In this document: one piece after another, positions 62,101 through 64,000 of the stretch
Numbering within the stretch: the first letter of the stretch is position 1
Layout of the letters: every line of letters starts with the position of its first letter
The notes under the pieces: generated by a model
Database searches by the model: none
The model's input: only the letters and a program-made list of their open reading frames with translations
Told to the model about the DNA's origin: nothing
Translations under genes and position numbers: made by a program
DNA from: Phormidium sp.
GTDB lineage: Bacteria > Cyanobacteriota > Cyanobacteriia > Cyanobacteriales > Aerosakkonemataceae
NCBI GenBank assembly: GCA_051013385.1
Contig: CP143273.1
Location: 1,152,001 to 1,216,000 of the forward strand
DNA length: 64,000 bases
Reading direction: 5' to 3'

Positions 62101-63190
62101 TAAAATCTTCACCTATTTGGGTGGCGCACATCACGATCATGCTGCAACAGATCATTCTCATAGTTCCGCCACACAAGAGACAAGGAACGAACCAGAAATT
62201 CGTTTAGATAAGGAATTTACTCCCCAAGGTAATTTAACCGGAATGTTAGGAAGTTTTGCAGATATTAATGGTTTATCAAGAGGTGAACCAGTAATATTTG
62301 CTACTGATTCTTCTGGCAAAGCAGGATTAATTCGTTTGCAAGAAGGTAATCGCGTAATGTCTCTTGCTGCTGGCGGAAACTTGTTTACTTCCGGCAATGA
62401 TTCCTATTACGGAGATACGGGAAGTAACACTTTATTTGGCAGTTCTGGTAATGATGAAATTTATGGTTTGAGTGGCAGCGATCAAATCAATGGCAACGCC
62501 GATAATGACACAATTTTCGGTGGTGATGATAACGATACCTTGCGCGGTGGTAAAGGTAACGACGTAATTTATGGCAACCAAGGTGAAGATTTAATATTTG
62601 GAGATTTGGATAATGATACAATTTATGGAGGCAAAGGTAACGACGTAATTTATGGCAATCAAGGTCAAGATGTGCTGAACGGAAACTTAGGAAATGATAC
62701 AATTTTCGGCAGCAAAGATAATGACTTAATTTATGGCAATCAAGGCAAAGATGTTTTGTTCGGTGATACAGGAAATGACACTGTTTATGGTGGTCAAGAT
62801 AATGACTTAATTTATGGTAATTTAGGTCAAGATTCTCTGTTCGGTGATGGAGGAAATGACACTGTTTATGGTGGTCAAGAAAATGATACTTTGAATGGAG
62901 GAACTGGGGATGATTGGTTAAGTGGTGATTTGGGTAATGATGTGTTGCAAGGTGGGGAGGGGAGCGATCGCTTTATCCTCGCCGCCAACAAAGGAAGCGA
63001 CACCATTGTTGATTTCCAAAATGGTAGTGATTTCATCCTTTTAACTGGCGGTTTAACCTTCGCTCAATTAACAATTAGTGAAAGCAGCGGTTCAACTTTA
63101 ATTAGGATTACCAACACCAATGAACTATTAGCAACTCTCAATGGTATCCCAGTCAGTCAAATAGGAACTGAAGATTTTCTTGCTTCATAA
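59177..63190 (+). CDS. Multicopper oxidase with FG-GAP repeats and RTX Ca-binding repeats
   Basis: HTHG, WYHPHLH, HPFHIH, HCHILFHEDAGMM; GDINGDGFSDI; many GGxGxD nonapeptides. Confidence 0.9.
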   Translation: MTTTQLRNAYIIGQENFQSWSQGFDQSNYLRVLPHPDQKVAYKDPFRDWQLDRPGNYISSWGPQEELNATLRMENINQVQIDGFGILKSGDGKIPWLPNANNQASNTPYEQLRGYNGTIPGPFLITEPGDTLNLWLENNLEQVTNLHTHGLHVTPMGRGDNVLHVVESGESWNQIIPIPDNHFIGPDWYHPHLHGLTNEQVSSGLAGQLLLTAPYNLPDLDKFNPKERPFHFMALNTFGVQQVNRQGSLTDPLNQNPTIALPAGTPLQVLGTENGQPVYELSDAVFMGYNAKPIPYDPTRPTGGAPGIFSYGGGPLAEAVENAIHTVNGQYNPTIEVKTGEWNLFAFTNMNSNAFHIIQLFKEEGDNLIPQEVTLVAIDGDAAGAVASNSRKISELPVLSPGQRLSVQEWFEKPGKYYFLSNGTEEIIGNNTSTLIKGKDGFADGHLIWGPQVLATVEVTGNEVPEGAPPEAYDTLIEQAQEIDEKVAAAKSGDFDRQRAFTWSANLGNALAIGNIPDDLEVPTFEGTYRINGEYFATEFGKSQVPLAMPMLGTTEVWSMKNISGKSDPNLPPEIDIPLLEWHPFHIHQNDFTVLEINGIPVSQLKSAYLDGVLSDTIGLPPTYDPSQPPNAENPYGIPMVNGETSEVKVVMEFEDFPGSYVNHCHILFHEDAGMMAPVRVVLNTDSTWLGLAGEQSNGKLDLYRASNLNQKISLSPFGAAFTGAIGLAIGDVNYKQKDNRNKNVTDNVTDIITIQSNLSSTETRFTIKVFDGQTLIEGQAQGVTQFDGLNQELVLTQFSPFANQTFTPNAKASVAAGDINGDGFSDIIVGVGGVANSSIEIYSGLDDRLIARINPFHHETGFTGTINLASGDIDGDNFDDVIVSQGSGGRGLVEVYSGRSIETKGSLNGKDTAHDTELLTQTFQPYGEFNGEIKVTSGYVLQRPDVPNGQAIQSYHANLTTMAVGNVPQGQEAVKIFTYLGGAHHDHAATDHSHSSATQETRNEPEIRLDKEFTPQGNLTGMLGSFADINGLSRGEPVIFATDSSGKAGLIRLQEGNRVMSLAAGGNLFTSGNDSYYGDTGSNTLFGSSGNDEIYGLSGSDQINGNADNDTIFGGDDNDTLRGGKGNDVIYGNQGEDLIFGDLDNDTIYGGKGNDVIYGNQGQDVLNGNLGNDTIFGSKDNDLIYGNQGKDVLFGDTGNDTVYGGQDNDLIYGNLGQDSLFGDGGNDTVYGGQENDTLNGGTGDDWLSGDLGNDVLQGGEGSDRFILAANKGSDTIVDFQNGSDFILLTGGLTFAQLTISESSGSTLIRITNTNELLATLNGIPVSQIGTEDFLAS

Positions 63191-63244
63191 ACTTTGTACG
63201 TTGTTGCGCTTCAGCGCTAAAAGCGCTAAAGCGCAACAACGTAC

Positions 63245-64000
63245 TTAAGTTAAACTCATCAAATTACACAACTTATAAACTGTTCTTGCACCAACATTTG
63301 CATCCCATTCATCATCACCAACTTCCACCACATCAAAACCAATAATTTCCCTACCACTATGCACAACTTCCCGGAATAAACAAAAAGCTTGTTCTAATTC
63401 TAAACCTCCCGGAACTGGAGTTCCTGTATTTGGACAAAGTTTAGGATCTAATCCATCAACATCAAAACTAATGTAAACTTGTTGCGGTAATTCTGCGACA
63501 ATTTGTTTACACAAATCCAACCAAGTCACACCAGCATAAAGCTTTTGCTTCAACATCGGATCGTAGTACGCCGAAACTCTACCTTCCGACTGCTTAATTA
63601 GATTAATTTCGCCCTCAGAAATATCCCGAATTCCCACCTGAACTAACTTAGAAATTTGCGGTATTTGCAAAGCATTAAACATAATTGAAGCATGGGAAAA
63701 CTCAAATCCTTCATAAGCATCACGCAAATCCGAATGAGCATCAATATGCAAAATTCCCAAATTAGGATAACACTCCGCCAATGCTTGCATATATCCTAAA
63801 GGTACACTATGATCGCCCCCTATTACCGCGACTTTTTTACCCTGATTCATCGCAGTTTTTGCTTGCTCAAACAGCCATTGATTAAGTGCTTGAGATTCGC
63901 GGTTAATCTCTTCCAGAATTTGCACCATTTCTGGAGCATCTTCCACAACTTTACCTTGTTCTAAATGCTCAATAATTCTGGCAGCTTTCTGTCTTAAATC
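63245..64000 (-). CDS. Agmatinase/ureohydrolase-family protein (5' end beyond the window)
   Basis: GGDHS, DAHSD, SFDVDGLDP and GTPVPGG; frame open to the window edge. Confidence 0.92.
   Translation of the reverse strand, partial: DLRQKAARIIEHLEQGKVVEDAPEMVQILEEINRESQALNQWLFEQAKTAMNQGKKVAVIGGDHSVPLGYMQALAECYPNLGILHIDAHSDLRDAYEGFEFSHASIMFNALQIPQISKLVQVGIRDISEGEINLIKQSEGRVSAYYDPMLKQKLYAGVTWLDLCKQIVAELPQQVYISFDVDGLDPKLCPNTGTPVPGGLELEQAFCLFREVVHSGREIIGFDVVEVGDDEWDANVGARTVYKLCNLMSLT

Overview
Cyanobacterial chromosome window (frequent HIP1 GCGATCGC sites, STRR/REP repeats, psb30). The left half (<1..~33040) looks like a tyrosine-integrase island inserted at the 3' end of tRNA-Val(GAC). It carries phage-like genes (XRE HTH, MT-A70 methyltransferase), a complete type I-B/I-MYXAN CRISPR-Cas locus (WYL, cas6-cas3-cas8[cas11]-cas7-cas5-cas4/1-cas2), and two divergent arrays with different 36-nt repeats (28 and 105 repeats by manual count). 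It also holds two ISL3 elements, an ISL3 MITE and the relic of a second, probably type III, cas locus (cas1, csx18, cas6). The most interesting part is the ~1 kb between WYL and cas6. A hidden degenerate repeat-spacer-repeat unit has a spacer that matches a promoter ~200 bp downstream, with an ATG PAM and mismatches only at positions 6 and 12 of the first 16 nt (a CreR/CreA-like regulatory crRNA). That promoter drives a small HTH-like gene carrying what looks like an ectopically integrated spacer (exact 36-36-36 bp structure) and a MITE. A shared operator precedes both WYL and cas4/1, and the two leaders carry motifs at identical distances from their arrays. The right half is ordinary host chromosome (GGDEF/EAL, hisA, treS, glgB, glgX, recJ, psb30, GDT1 pair, multicopper oxidase-RTX protein, agmatinase-family gene). 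All calls come from reading the sequence; no database searches were run.
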